A stretch of 64,000 nucleotides of DNA, from NCBI GenBank assembly GCA_038874355.1, contig JAVZCO010000001.1, positions 231,637 to 295,636 of the forward strand, written 5' to 3'. A model generated the notes under the pieces. That model searched no databases. It saw nothing but the letters and a program-made list of their open reading frames with translations, and was not told the DNA's origin. Positions 1 through 9,790 of the stretch are shown here, piece by piece (position 1 is the first letter of the stretch; each line of letters opens with the position of its first letter). A program made the translations under genes and the position numbers. Origin of the DNA: Candidatus Pacearchaeota archaeon (GTDB lineage: Archaea; Nanobdellota; Nanobdellia; Pacearchaeales; GW2011-AR1).

Positions 1-1
1 T

Positions 2-301
2 TTAGATTTAGCAAGTATAGCAGCTATATTAACAACAATTGGAACAGGTGTAGATCAACAAATAATTATTATTGATGAAACCAGATCAAAAAAAGAAATT
101 TCCTTTATACAAAAAATAAAAAGAGCACTATTCATTATTTTTGGAGCTTATTTTACTGTCTTGGCATCATTAATCCCATTATACTGGGTTGGCGCAGGAT
201 TATTAAGAGGTTTTGCTTTCACAACAATATTAGGAATAACTATAGGAGTGTTTATAACCAGACCAGCTTTCGCAGAAATTTTAACAAAATTAGAAAAATA
301 A
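2..301 (+). CDS. secD: Protein translocase subunit SecD, C-terminal part (5' truncated by window)
   Basis: Frame 2 reads LDLASIAAILTTIGTGVDQQIIIIDE...GAGLLRGFAFTTILGITIGVFITRPAF, typical of the archaeal SecD C-terminus; stop TAA at 299-301. Not in ORF track. Confidence 0.85.
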   Translation, partial: LDLASIAAILTTIGTGVDQQIIIIDETRSKKEISFIQKIKRALFIIFGAYFTVLASLIPLYWVGAGLLRGFAFTTILGITIGVFITRPAFAEILTKLEK

Positions 302-302
302 A

Positions 303-725
303 ATGTTTCCTTCAAAACATATATTATATAGTTTTATTCTTTGTTTAGTCTTTTATATAATTCTTCCTTATGGAGAAATTTTTCCTTATATTATAATATT
401 TTTGTCTTCTGTTTTGATTGACATAGATCATTATTTTATTTATGTGTATAGAAAAAAAGATTTTTCTTTGCTTAATTCTTGGAGATGGCATATGATGTTA
501 AATAAAAATGAAAAAGAAAGAAATAAAGAAATTCCTTTTTTACATATCTTTCATACTTTTGAATTTATCTTGCTTACATTTATTTTATCTTTTTTCTTTA
601 AGATATTTTTATGGATTTTTTTTGGCTTAATTTTTCATTCTTTTTTAGACTTAAAAGACATGAAAAGAAGAAAACTTTATAATACCAGAGAATACCTTTT
701 AATTAAAGCATTATTGAAGAGATAG
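303..725 (+). CDS. Membrane-bound metal-dependent hydrolase-like protein
   Basis: Hydrophobic helices with H, DIDH, FHT and HxxxD motifs as in YdjM/DUF457-like proteins. Confidence 0.5.
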   Translation: MFPSKHILYSFILCLVFYIILPYGEIFPYIIIFLSSVLIDIDHYFIYVYRKKDFSLLNSWRWHMMLNKNEKERNKEIPFLHIFHTFEFILLTFILSFFFKIFLWIFFGLIFHSFLDLKDMKRRKLYNTREYLLIKALLKR

Positions 726-758
726 GTATTTATATATCTCTCTTTTTTTAAAATAAAT

Positions 759-2261
759 ATGGAAAATGAAATCTTAAAAAAGGAAATAATAACAAATACA
801 CGTTGGAATTTTTTTTCTTCATTTTTAAGTAAATTAGGCGCTGTAATTTTTACAATATTAATAGCCAGAATATTACAACCAGAAAAATATGGAATTTATA
901 ATCTTGCTATTTCTTTATCTTTATTTTTTGTAACATTTGCAGATTTAGGAATTAACGCTGTTCTTGTTAAAACATTATCTTATTTATCTTTAAAAAATAA
1001 AAAGAAAATTAAATCTTATTTTAATTATCTTATAAGGCTAAAATTTATTTTAAGTTTGTCATTTTCTTTATTATTAATATTTTTATCTTATCCTTTATCT
1101 AATTTCGTTTTTAATAAACCAAATCTTTATTTGCCTTTATTAATAAGCGGCTTTTATGTTTTTATTTTATCTTTTGAGAATTTTTTTACATCTTTGTTTT
1201 ATGTTATAAAAAAAGTGAAATATATAACAATTAAAGAAACAATATTTCAACTTGGAAGAATATTTTTAGCTTTATTTTTATTTTATTTTATTTTAGAAAA
1301 ATATAGAGTAGAAGGATTGTTTTTTGGCTTAATTTTTATATCTTTATTAATTATAATTTATTCTATTTTTTATCAAAAAAAATTCTTTCCTTATATATTT
1401 GAAAAAGAAAAATATTTCTTAACAATAGAAGAAAAGAAAAAAATAAAAAATTTAATTTTAACTTTAACTATAATAAATATATCTGTAATATTTTTTTCTT
1501 ATATAGATACAATTATGCTTGGAATTTTTGTTACATCAGAATATATCGGTTATTATAGAGCTGCTTTTTCTGTTATTTTTAGTTTAGTTGCTTTATTCTA
1601 TTTTCATTCTTTATTTTTACCTTATTTTACTCAGCTTAAAGAAAAAAAATTAGAAAAAATAATAAATAAACTTTTATACTATTCATTTATTTTAGTTTTT
1701 CCTGTAATCTTTTTAATATTTTTATTTTCAAACTACATTATATATTTATTATTTGGCTATTCTTATTTATCATCTTCTTTAACATTAAAAATATCTGTTT
1801 TATTGATCATAGAATATTTTATAACTCAATTATTATCCTCTCTTTTTACAGCAAAAGATAAACAAAATTTGCTAATTAAACCAATCTTAATATCTACTTT
1901 TATTAATATTTTATTAAATTATATTTTAATAACAAGATTTTTAAGAATTTCTCAGCTTGCTGCAATAAATGGAGCAGCAATAGCAACAATAATAAGCAGA
2001 TATTTTTATCTTTTTTTTGTGCTAAAAATAACAAAAGAAAAACTAAAAATAAATTTAAAATTTAATTTTATTAAGCAACTAATTGCAAGTTTAGTTTCAG
2101 CAATAATTTTATTCTTTATTAAATCAAAAATTGTTGATATGAATTTAATTTATGGACTTCTTTTAGTTATCCTTTATATGATAATTTATGCTTTATTTGT
2201 TTTTATTTTTAAAGTAATAAAAAAAGAAGATATTATGCTTTTATTAAATAAAAAGATATAA
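759..2261 (+). CDS. Wzx-type oligosaccharide flippase
   Basis: ~14 TM segments; ARILQPEKYG, DLG, DTIMLG..GYY motifs. Confidence 0.85.
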   Translation: MENEILKKEIITNTRWNFFSSFLSKLGAVIFTILIARILQPEKYGIYNLAISLSLFFVTFADLGINAVLVKTLSYLSLKNKKKIKSYFNYLIRLKFILSLSFSLLLIFLSYPLSNFVFNKPNLYLPLLISGFYVFILSFENFFTSLFYVIKKVKYITIKETIFQLGRIFLALFLFYFILEKYRVEGLFFGLIFISLLIIIYSIFYQKKFFPYIFEKEKYFLTIEEKKKIKNLILTLTIINISVIFFSYIDTIMLGIFVTSEYIGYYRAAFSVIFSLVALFYFHSLFLPYFTQLKEKKLEKIINKLLYYSFILVFPVIFLIFLFSNYIIYLLFGYSYLSSSLTLKISVLLIIEYFITQLLSSLFTAKDKQNLLIKPILISTFINILLNYILITRFLRISQLAAINGAAIATIISRYFYLFFVLKITKEKLKINLKFNFIKQLIASLVSAIILFFIKSKIVDMNLIYGLLLVILYMIIYALFVFIFKVIKKEDIMLLLNKKI

Positions 2262-2285
2262 ATATGATGAAAATAGAAAAATAAA

Positions 2286-2936
2286 ATGAAATATAATCAA
2301 TTTTATCACTCTTGTGTTCATAATTACTTAATTAATGATATAGAATATTATTTAATTAGAGCAAAAATCTCTTTTTTGAGATATTTTTCTAATATCCCTT
2401 TAAAGAATAAAAAAATATTAGAATATGGTTGTGGAATGGGTCAAAATATTTTTTTAATAAAAAATCAAGCAAAAGGATATGATATTTCAAAATTTGCTTT
2501 AAAATTTTGTAAACAGAAAGGAATTAAAATAATAAATAATAAAAAATTTATTAAAAATAATTTTTATGATATAATACTTAGTAGTCATGTTCTGGAACAT
2601 TTAGAGAATCCATTAAATAATTTAAAATTCTTAAATAGAAAATTAAAAAAAGGAGGACTTTTAATACTGATAATTCCCTTAGAAAAAAATAATAAATCTT
2701 CTTTAAATCCAGATCTTAAAAATTATCATCTTTACTCCTGGACTTTTAAAACAATTAATAATCTCCTTCATAAAGCAGGTTTCAAAGTTTTAAGAAATGA
2801 AGTTTTTTATGGAACAGCATATCATAAACTCAAATTTTTAGCTAGGATAAGGTTTTTTCTTTACTTATCATTAACTACTTTAATTGGTAGGCTTTTAGGG
2901 AGTTCAGAGCTTAAAATAATCGCAGAAAAGAAATAA
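2286..2936 (+). CDS. Class I SAM-dependent methyltransferase
   Basis: ILEYGCGMG motif I; HVLEHL; LKKGG. Confidence 0.85.
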   Translation: MKYNQFYHSCVHNYLINDIEYYLIRAKISFLRYFSNIPLKNKKILEYGCGMGQNIFLIKNQAKGYDISKFALKFCKQKGIKIINNKKFIKNNFYDIILSSHVLEHLENPLNNLKFLNRKLKKGGLLILIIPLEKNNKSSLNPDLKNYHLYSWTFKTINNLLHKAGFKVLRNEVFYGTAYHKLKFLARIRFFLYLSLTTLIGRLLGSSELKIIAEKK

Positions 2937-3028
2937 AATCTTATATATCTAAAAAAATTTTATTTTCAAAAAAGTCTTTAATATTTTTTAGTAAAAATTA
3001 ATGCTTTTTTAAATTTAAAAATGAAAAA

Positions 3029-3640
3029 TTATTTTCTTCTTATTTTTCTTTTCATCTTTTTATTTAACCACCAAAAGAAACCAAAATTTCTTATAAGTTT
3101 TCTTCCAATTGCTTTATAAAAAGGATAGTCATCATAATAATAAACTATTTCCCCCCACCTTTCTTTAAATTTATTTATTCCAATAAGATTTCCTCTTGGT
3201 TTTATTTGATATCCTCCTAAATCTAATTTTTTATAACCATTCTTTTTACTCCACAATATTAAATTCCAATATAATAAATTATTAGGATGAAAACTTAAAT
3301 ACTCTTTCAATGAAGCATTTCTTGTTAATGTTGGAATGTTATTTTTTATTTTTAGAGTAGCTCCAGCAATTATTTTATTATCTTTTTTACAAACAAATAA
3401 AATGTCCATATTTTCTTTTAAATGCTCAAATGTTTCAACTCTTATTATCTTTTCTTTCAATTCTTTTTCATAGATTTTATAAAATTCTTTCAAATCTTCT
3501 TCTTTATTAGTTTCTTCTACTATTAAATTATTTTTAATTGCCTTTTTTATCCCCCAACGCGCATCTTTATCAAGATTTTTCATTATTTCTTCTTCATTAG
3601 GTGTTAAATCAACAATTACTGTAGCATTAATATCTTTCAT
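3029..3640 (-). CDS. FemAB/FemX-like GNAT-fold acyltransferase (single domain)
   Basis: DLT..EE..KNL...ARWGIKKA; PNNLLYW; LDLGG; FKERWG are FemAB C-terminal domain signatures. Confidence 0.75.
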   Translation of the reverse strand: MKDINATVIVDLTPNEEEIMKNLDKDARWGIKKAIKNNLIVEETNKEEDLKEFYKIYEKELKEKIIRVETFEHLKENMDILFVCKKDNKIIAGATLKIKNNIPTLTRNASLKEYLSFHPNNLLYWNLILWSKKNGYKKLDLGGYQIKPRGNLIGINKFKERWGEIVYYYDDYPFYKAIGRKLIRNFGFFWWLNKKMKRKIRRK

Positions 3641-3692
3641 ATAAAGTAATGGTCCAATTATATTTATAAATGTTGTTTATCCTATACTTATA

Positions 3693-4316
3693 ATGGATAT
3701 AAAAGAAAGATTTTTAAGAAAAATTACAGAAAGAATATTACCACTCTTCAAAAAACTAAATATACCTTCTGAAATCTTAACTTTATTTAGAATAATTTTT
3801 GCTATTTATGTTTCTATAATTCTCTTGTTAGGTAATCGTATTCTTTCAATTATATCTCTTACAATATACCAATTTATATTCCTATTAGACTATATAGATG
3901 GTAAATTAGCAAGATACCAAAGAAGATTTTCTTTAAGATGGGTAAAAATAGATATTTTATCTCATTATATTATTTCTTCTTTTTTTATTTTATCTATATC
4001 ATTATCATATTTCATAAAAACTAAAAATTTTATTCTACTTTATAGTGGACTTTTTTGTTTTTTATTAATTCTTTCATCTTTTTTTATTGAATTAATAAAT
4101 TTTAAAAAAATAAGATTAAATAATAAACAAAACAAAAATAATAGAACATCATTTCCTTTCTATTCTTTTTTTGGAATAGATAACCCATTCAATATATTTT
4201 ATTTTCTTGTTTTATTAAATTTAATTTCTTTTCTTATAATTTTTTATACTATCCTGTATATATTACTTTTACTTATAAAAATTAAACGAATAACCTTTAT
4301 TTCAAATTATAAATAA
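3693..4316 (+). CDS. CDP-alcohol phosphatidyltransferase family protein
   Basis: LTLFR and DYIDGKLAR motif; multi-TM. Confidence 0.75.
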   Translation: MDIKERFLRKITERILPLFKKLNIPSEILTLFRIIFAIYVSIILLLGNRILSIISLTIYQFIFLLDYIDGKLARYQRRFSLRWVKIDILSHYIISSFFILSISLSYFIKTKNFILLYSGLFCFLLILSSFFIELINFKKIRLNNKQNKNNRTSFPFYSFFGIDNPFNIFYFLVLLNLISFLIIFYTILYILLLLIKIKRITFISNYK

Positions 4317-4323
4317 ATTAAAA

Positions 4324-5037
4324 ATGAAATCAAAAAAGAAGATTAAAGAAGAATTAGCAAATCAATATTTTGGAAAAGAAGCCGAAGAATATGATTATGT
4401 TAGAGAAAAAGATCCAAGAAGAAAAGCTGTAATTGAAATACAAAAAGAAATAACATCCTCTTTTTTAAAAGATACTGGGAAAAAAAATATTTTAGATGTA
4501 GCTTGTGGGACAGGTAGATTTTTTGGACTTTATACCCCTAGAGAAATTTATGGTATAGATATTTCTCCGGATATGTTAAAACAAGCGAGAAAAAAGAAAG
4601 GTGTTAAAAAAATTGTAATTGCAGATGCGGAAAAAATTCCCTTTCCAAATAATATGTTTGATGTTGTAATTACTTCTCAATTTATAATGCACACCCCTTT
4701 TTATATGAAAGTTATAAAAGAAATGGTAAGGGTGGCAAAAAAGGGAGGATCTATTATTATTGATTTTCCAAATAAATATTCTTTATCTTACCTTTCCACA
4801 AAAATAAGGTTATTAAAAGGAAAATTGAGATATTATAATCTATTTACAAAAAAACAAATACTTAAAATAGCAAAAGATAATAATCTCGAAATTAAACAAA
4901 TAAGAGGAACGGTTATTTTTTCTCCAATGTTCCTACCAAAATCTTTTACTAAACTTTCAATAAAACTTAATTCATTTTTATTAAAATTATTTCCCGAATT
5001 ATCTTATGTCTATTATGTTCATTTTATAAAAAAATGA
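4324..5037 (+). CDS. Class I SAM-dependent methyltransferase
   Basis: ILDVACGTG, GIDISPDML, DAEKIPF, FDVV, EMVRV. Confidence 0.9.
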   Translation: MKSKKKIKEELANQYFGKEAEEYDYVREKDPRRKAVIEIQKEITSSFLKDTGKKNILDVACGTGRFFGLYTPREIYGIDISPDMLKQARKKKGVKKIVIADAEKIPFPNNMFDVVITSQFIMHTPFYMKVIKEMVRVAKKGGSIIIDFPNKYSLSYLSTKIRLLKGKLRYYNLFTKKQILKIAKDNNLEIKQIRGTVIFSPMFLPKSFTKLSIKLNSFLLKLFPELSYVYYVHFIKK

Positions 5038-5801
5038 AAATAATATCTTTTACAATAGATGTTGAACCGGATTTACATTCTAATACTTATAAAGGTATAA
5101 CAGAAGGGATTCCAAAAATTTTAAGCTTATTAAATAAATATAAAATAAAGGCAACTTTTTTTGTTACATGCGATTGTATTGAAAAATATCCAGAAGTGTT
5201 TAAAAAATTAATAAAAGAAGGTCACGAAATTGCTTTACATGGTTATAGACATGTAAGATTTGATGAGTTAACTTATAAAGAAAAAGAAGAAAATATAAAA
5301 AAATCCATAGAATGTTTTAAAAAATATCTTAAAATAAAACCAAAAGGATTCAGAGCACCTCAGCACAGTATAGATAAAGAAACTTTATTCTTATTAAAAA
5401 AATATAAATTTGAATATGATTCAAGTATTACTCCATGGAATTTTTATCATTTATTATTCTTTTGGAAAATAAAATTAAAACTCGTGCATAATTTTAGGAA
5501 AATGAAACCTCATTTTTGGGGAGGATTAAAAGAAATACCTATAAGTTCTTTTATAATGCCCTTTTCTTCAGTGACTTTAAGAATATTGCCAAAATACCTA
5601 TTAATGATTTATTTATTTTTTATATCTATTTATAAAAAACCTATATTTATGATACATTCATGGGATCTAATTAACATTCCTAATTCAAAAATTTATAAAT
5701 TATCCAAAAAAGAAAAGTTTATATCTCAATTAGAAATTTTATTATTATTTTTCTCAAAAAAAAGAAAATTTGTTACATTAAATAATTTACCACCAATCTA
5801 G
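5034..5801 (+). CDS. Polysaccharide deacetylase (CE4/NodB)
   Basis: TIDVE, ATFF, HEIALHGYRH, GFRAP, YDSS, HSWD. Confidence 0.9.
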   Translation: MKIISFTIDVEPDLHSNTYKGITEGIPKILSLLNKYKIKATFFVTCDCIEKYPEVFKKLIKEGHEIALHGYRHVRFDELTYKEKEENIKKSIECFKKYLKIKPKGFRAPQHSIDKETLFLLKKYKFEYDSSITPWNFYHLLFFWKIKLKLVHNFRKMKPHFWGGLKEIPISSFIMPFSSVTLRILPKYLLMIYLFFISIYKKPIFMIHSWDLINIPNSKIYKLSKKEKFISQLEILLLFFSKKRKFVTLNNLPPI

Positions 5802-6815
5802 ACTTGAATCAAATGAGTTATCGCAATTATTACAAAGAGGTATACTAAAATCATTTTTGAGATGTTTATTTCTTATTATTTTTATTTTCTTTTCAATTTC
5901 TCTATAATTATCTTTAAGTAAATTCCCAAATTTAACTTTTGATTCGTAGTCTCTACAACATATTATAACATTACCCTCAACATCTACAGTAATATTTTTC
6001 CATAAAGCTATACAGGGCCATCTTTTGTTTTTGAAAGAAGGTTTTATGATAATTCTTTTATTTTTCAATTGGCCGGCCCAGTCAGATGCTGTATATGCCA
6101 TTACCGAATCAACTTTATCTTCCCAAAAATCTATAACTTTATTAATTTCTTTTTTATTTTCTTTTAATATCATTAAAGAAATATTTGTTAAAGGATAAAT
6201 CTTTTTTAATTCTTTTTTTCTTTTAAGAAAATTTAAAATATTTTTTTTAGTTCTTTCATATTCTAATCCCATAATTTTCTTATATGTTTTTTCTGTACCG
6301 TTTATACTAAAATTTATTTTGTGTAATCTTAATTTAAGTAATCTTTCAGTCACTTCTGAATTTAAAAGAGAAGCGTTAGTATATATATCAATATCAATGC
6401 TAGGATAATTTTCATTTATCCACTTTACTTTTTTGTCCAATTCTTTATCTATTAACGGTTCTCCGAACCCTGTTAATGTTATTAAATTTATTTTTGAATA
6501 AGGTAAAACATTTTTACAAATTTTTACAAATTGTTCTTGCTTCATAATTTTTTGTTTTCTTTTCATATAAATATGAGGACACATAATACATCTTGCATTA
6601 CAAATATTAGTATTTTCTATCTGGAGAATAGAGGGATTTAATTTTTTTCCCTTATTTTTTATTAACGAATTATAAAATAAATTATAAAAAGAAGAATTAA
6701 CTGTAAAAGAAAGAGGAGTTTTTGCTAGTAAAAATTTGATTAACATCCTCCTTAAGTGACCTTTACCAAGATTTCTATAGTATTTTGCTTCTTTTACAAG
6801 ATAAGATAAATACAT
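5787..6815 (-). CDS. Radical SAM / SPASM-domain protein
   Basis: CNARCIMC (CxxxCxxC), GFGEP, C-terminal C..G.V..CC..GN..CxxC. Confidence 0.9.
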   Translation of the reverse strand: MYLSYLVKEAKYYRNLGKGHLRRMLIKFLLAKTPLSFTVNSSFYNLFYNSLIKNKGKKLNPSILQIENTNICNARCIMCPHIYMKRKQKIMKQEQFVKICKNVLPYSKINLITLTGFGEPLIDKELDKKVKWINENYPSIDIDIYTNASLLNSEVTERLLKLRLHKINFSINGTEKTYKKIMGLEYERTKKNILNFLKRKKELKKIYPLTNISLMILKENKKEINKVIDFWEDKVDSVMAYTASDWAGQLKNKRIIIKPSFKNKRWPCIALWKNITVDVEGNVIICCRDYESKVKFGNLLKDNYREIEKKIKIIRNKHLKNDFSIPLCNNCDNSFDSSLDWW

Positions 6816-6867
6816 AAAAATTATATGCTCTAAATATTTTTAAAGATATCTTTTCTTATCTAATAAA

Positions 6868-7983
6868 ATGACAAAAAAGATATTAGAATTATGTGAATTT
6901 TCTTCTGGAATATGTGGAGTATGGACAAGAGTAAAACAAGAATCTTTAGAGCTTGTTAAAAGAGGATATGATGTTTATGTTTTTTCTTCTAATATAGAAA
7001 AAGGAACAAATAAAATAGTTTCTTCTTATGAAGAAGTAGAAGGAATAAAAATATATAGATTTCCTATAAAATTTAGAATAGGAGAAAATGCTTTATTTTG
7101 GGATTTTTTAAAAAAAGGAATAGAGATTTCTCCAGATATAATAATAGCTCACGTATATAGACACCCTCATACAAACCAAGCTTTAAAACTTGCTAAAATA
7201 TTAAAAAAAAGAAAAAATTGTAAAATATTTTTAGTAACTCATGCACCATTCGTTTCTCAAGAAATAAGAGGGCTAAAATTAACATTATTAACAAAAATTT
7301 ATGATTTTTTTTATTCTAAAAACTTGAATAAATTCGATAGAGTAATAACAATAACAAAATGGGAAATTCCACATCTATTAAAATTAGGAACAAAAAAAGA
7401 AAAAATTGTTTATATTCCAAATGGCATACCAAATGAATTTTTTAAAACAAAACCTAATAAATATAAATTTAAGAACATAATTTTTTTAGGAAGAATAGCA
7501 CCTATAAAAAATCTCGAAACTTTATTTAAAGCATTTGAAATTGTTTATAATAAAAATAAAAAAATAAAATTAGAAATAATCGGCCCTATAGAAGAAGGCT
7601 ATAACATTAAAGACAATTTCAAATCAATAAAATTTTTACCTCCAATTTATGATTTAAATCAAAAAATTAAAAAATTAAATTTTTCTGATATTTTTGTATT
7701 GCCAAGCATTAGAGAAGCAATGCCACAAGCATTAATTGAAGCAATGTCTTTGGGAAAAATTGTAATTTCTTCTAAAACAGATGGTGGAAAAGAAATAATT
7801 GAAGATGGAAAAAATGGATTTTTATTTAATATAAGTAATGAAAAAGAACTTTCAGAAAAAATTTTATTTTGTTTAGATAAAAAAAATTCAAAAATAATAG
7901 AAAAAATAAGAAAAAATGCAAGAAAAAAAGCATACGAATTTAATTTAGATAATTTAATTAATAAATTAATAAGTTTATTTTAA
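6868..7983 (+). CDS. Glycosyltransferase family 4
   Basis: IPNG, GRIAPIKN, PSIREAMPQALIEAMSLG. Confidence 0.9.
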   Translation: MTKKILELCEFSSGICGVWTRVKQESLELVKRGYDVYVFSSNIEKGTNKIVSSYEEVEGIKIYRFPIKFRIGENALFWDFLKKGIEISPDIIIAHVYRHPHTNQALKLAKILKKRKNCKIFLVTHAPFVSQEIRGLKLTLLTKIYDFFYSKNLNKFDRVITITKWEIPHLLKLGTKKEKIVYIPNGIPNEFFKTKPNKYKFKNIIFLGRIAPIKNLETLFKAFEIVYNKNKKIKLEIIGPIEEGYNIKDNFKSIKFLPPIYDLNQKIKKLNFSDIFVLPSIREAMPQALIEAMSLGKIVISSKTDGGKEIIEDGKNGFLFNISNEKELSEKILFCLDKKNSKIIEKIRKNARKKAYEFNLDNLINKLISLF

Positions 7984-7984
7984 A

Positions 7985-8663
7985 ATGGAAGGATTTGAAG
8001 GAGATGAAGATTGGGAATTAAAAGAACTCCCAAATATAAACACTCTTTTTAAAGGATGGTTTAAAGAAGGAAAAGGAAAACTACTTGAAGCGGGGTTGTG
8101 GCGTAGGAAATTATGTAATTATTTTTTCAAAATATGGTTATAAAGTTACAGGAATTGAAATTTCAAAATCAAGATTAGATATAGCAAGAAAAAATTGTAG
8201 AAAATATAAAGTAAAAGCAAAATTAATTCTCGGAGATATTAAAAAAATGCCTTTTAAAAATGAAAGTTTTGATATTGTTTTTTGCCATGGTGTTGTTGAG
8301 CATTTTCCAGATTCAGAAAAAGGAGTAAGAGAATTATATAGAGTTTTAAAGAAAAATGGGAAAGCAATGATTTCCGTTCCTAATAAGATAACTTTTTTCG
8401 AAATTAACAAATATTTACAAATTTTATTAGGGAAGATACTTCATAAAAAAATATGGAGAGCTGGATATGAAAGAAGTTTTACTAAAAATCAATTTGAAAA
8501 AATTCTTATAAAAGAAGGATTTAAGATTAAAGATTTTTATAAAGTAGAAGTAGGAAAAGGAAGAAAATATCCTTTTGTAGGAATAATATTAAGAATTTTA
8601 GATAAACCTCTTTTATTATTTGATCAAGGAGGGCATTTTATGATTTGGCTTTGTGAAAAATAA
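7985..8663 (+). pseudogene. Class I SAM methyltransferase interrupted by a +1 frameshift in motif I
   Basis: ATG 7985 frame reads MEGFEGDEDW...KLLEAG then stops at 8141; the second frame continues GCGVG...FDIVFCHGVVEH. Removing one G from GGGG (8092-8095) restores LLEAGCGVG. Confidence 0.8.
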
Positions 8664-8810
8664 TTATTCAGATGCATGATTAATTTTAATATCTTTAAAA
8701 CCAATCCCAGTTTCTTCTACAATTTTATTTTTTATAGAAATTCTTTGTTTGTCTAATTCTCTAATTGTTATTGCTCTATCTACAATTTTAGATGAAAATA
8801 TTTCTATAAT
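8664..8810 (-). pseudogene. Possible gene remnant without start codon
   Basis: Open frame ..IIEIFSSKIVDRAITIRELDKQRISIKNKIVEETGIGFKDIKINHASE*, protein-like, bounded upstream by an in-frame stop, no ATG. Confidence 0.35.
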
Positions 8811-8857
8811 TTTTTAAAACTACTAAAGTTTAAATATTTTATTTATTTTATAAAATT

Positions 8858-9739
8858 ATGATAAGTATAATTATAACTTCATTTAAAGAACCAAAAACAA
8901 TAGGAAAAGCTATAGAATCTTTTATCAATCAAAAAATAAAAGAAAAATATGAATTAATTGTTTGCGCTCCTGATGAGGAAACATTAAATGTTGCAAGAAA
9001 ATATTCTAAAAAAAATAAAAAGATAAAAATTTTTCAAGATCCTGGAAAAGGAAAGAGTTATGCTTTAAATTTGTTATTGCCAAAAATTAAAGGAAGAATA
9101 ATAATTTTAAGTGACGGAGATGTTTATGTTTCTAGAAATTCTATTAATGAGATTTTAGAAAAATTTGAAGATGATAAAATTGGGTGTGTAACAGGAAGAC
9201 CAATATCTATTAATTCTAAAAATGATTTATTTGGTTATTGGTCTCATGTTTTATTTGATGCTGCTCATAAATTAAGATTAAAAAATTATAAACAAGGAAA
9301 ATTTATAGAATGTTCTGGTTATTTATGGGCATTTAGAAATGGAATTATTAAAGATTTTCCTATTAATGTTAGTGAAGATTCAATTGTGCCAATATTATTT
9401 TGGAAAAAGGGATATAAAATTGCTTATGCTGAAAAAGCAGAGGTTTATGTAAAAAACCCAAATAATTTACATGATTTTATTGAACAGAAAAAAAGAAATA
9501 TTAAAGGACATGAATCTTTATCTTTACATGTAAAAAATCCACCAAGAATGAAAACCTTTTTTTCAGAAATAAAAAATTCTTATTTTTTATTATTTTATCC
9601 AAAAAATTTTAAAGAATTTCTCTTTACTTTAATATTATTTCCTTTAAGATTATATATTTGGTTATTAACTTTCTATCATATAAAAATAAAAAAACAACCT
9701 TATAAAGATGGATGGAAAAGAATAGAGAGTACAAAATAA
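8858..9739 (+). CDS. Glycosyltransferase family 2
   Basis: ISIII, GKSYALN, SDGD (DxD), SED, QxxR-like EQKKR. Confidence 0.9.
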   Translation: MISIIITSFKEPKTIGKAIESFINQKIKEKYELIVCAPDEETLNVARKYSKKNKKIKIFQDPGKGKSYALNLLLPKIKGRIIILSDGDVYVSRNSINEILEKFEDDKIGCVTGRPISINSKNDLFGYWSHVLFDAAHKLRLKNYKQGKFIECSGYLWAFRNGIIKDFPINVSEDSIVPILFWKKGYKIAYAEKAEVYVKNPNNLHDFIEQKKRNIKGHESLSLHVKNPPRMKTFFSEIKNSYFLLFYPKNFKEFLFTLILFPLRLYIWLLTFYHIKIKKQPYKDGWKRIESTK

Positions 9740-9790
9740 TATATAATAATATGAATAAATCTTTTTAAATAATTCTTTTTTTACTTCTTA

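Noticed and set aside
8085..8663. ORF-track start (TTG) of the 192-aa methyltransferase
   Set aside because: Starts inside motif I; the real start is ATG 7985 in another frame (frameshift)
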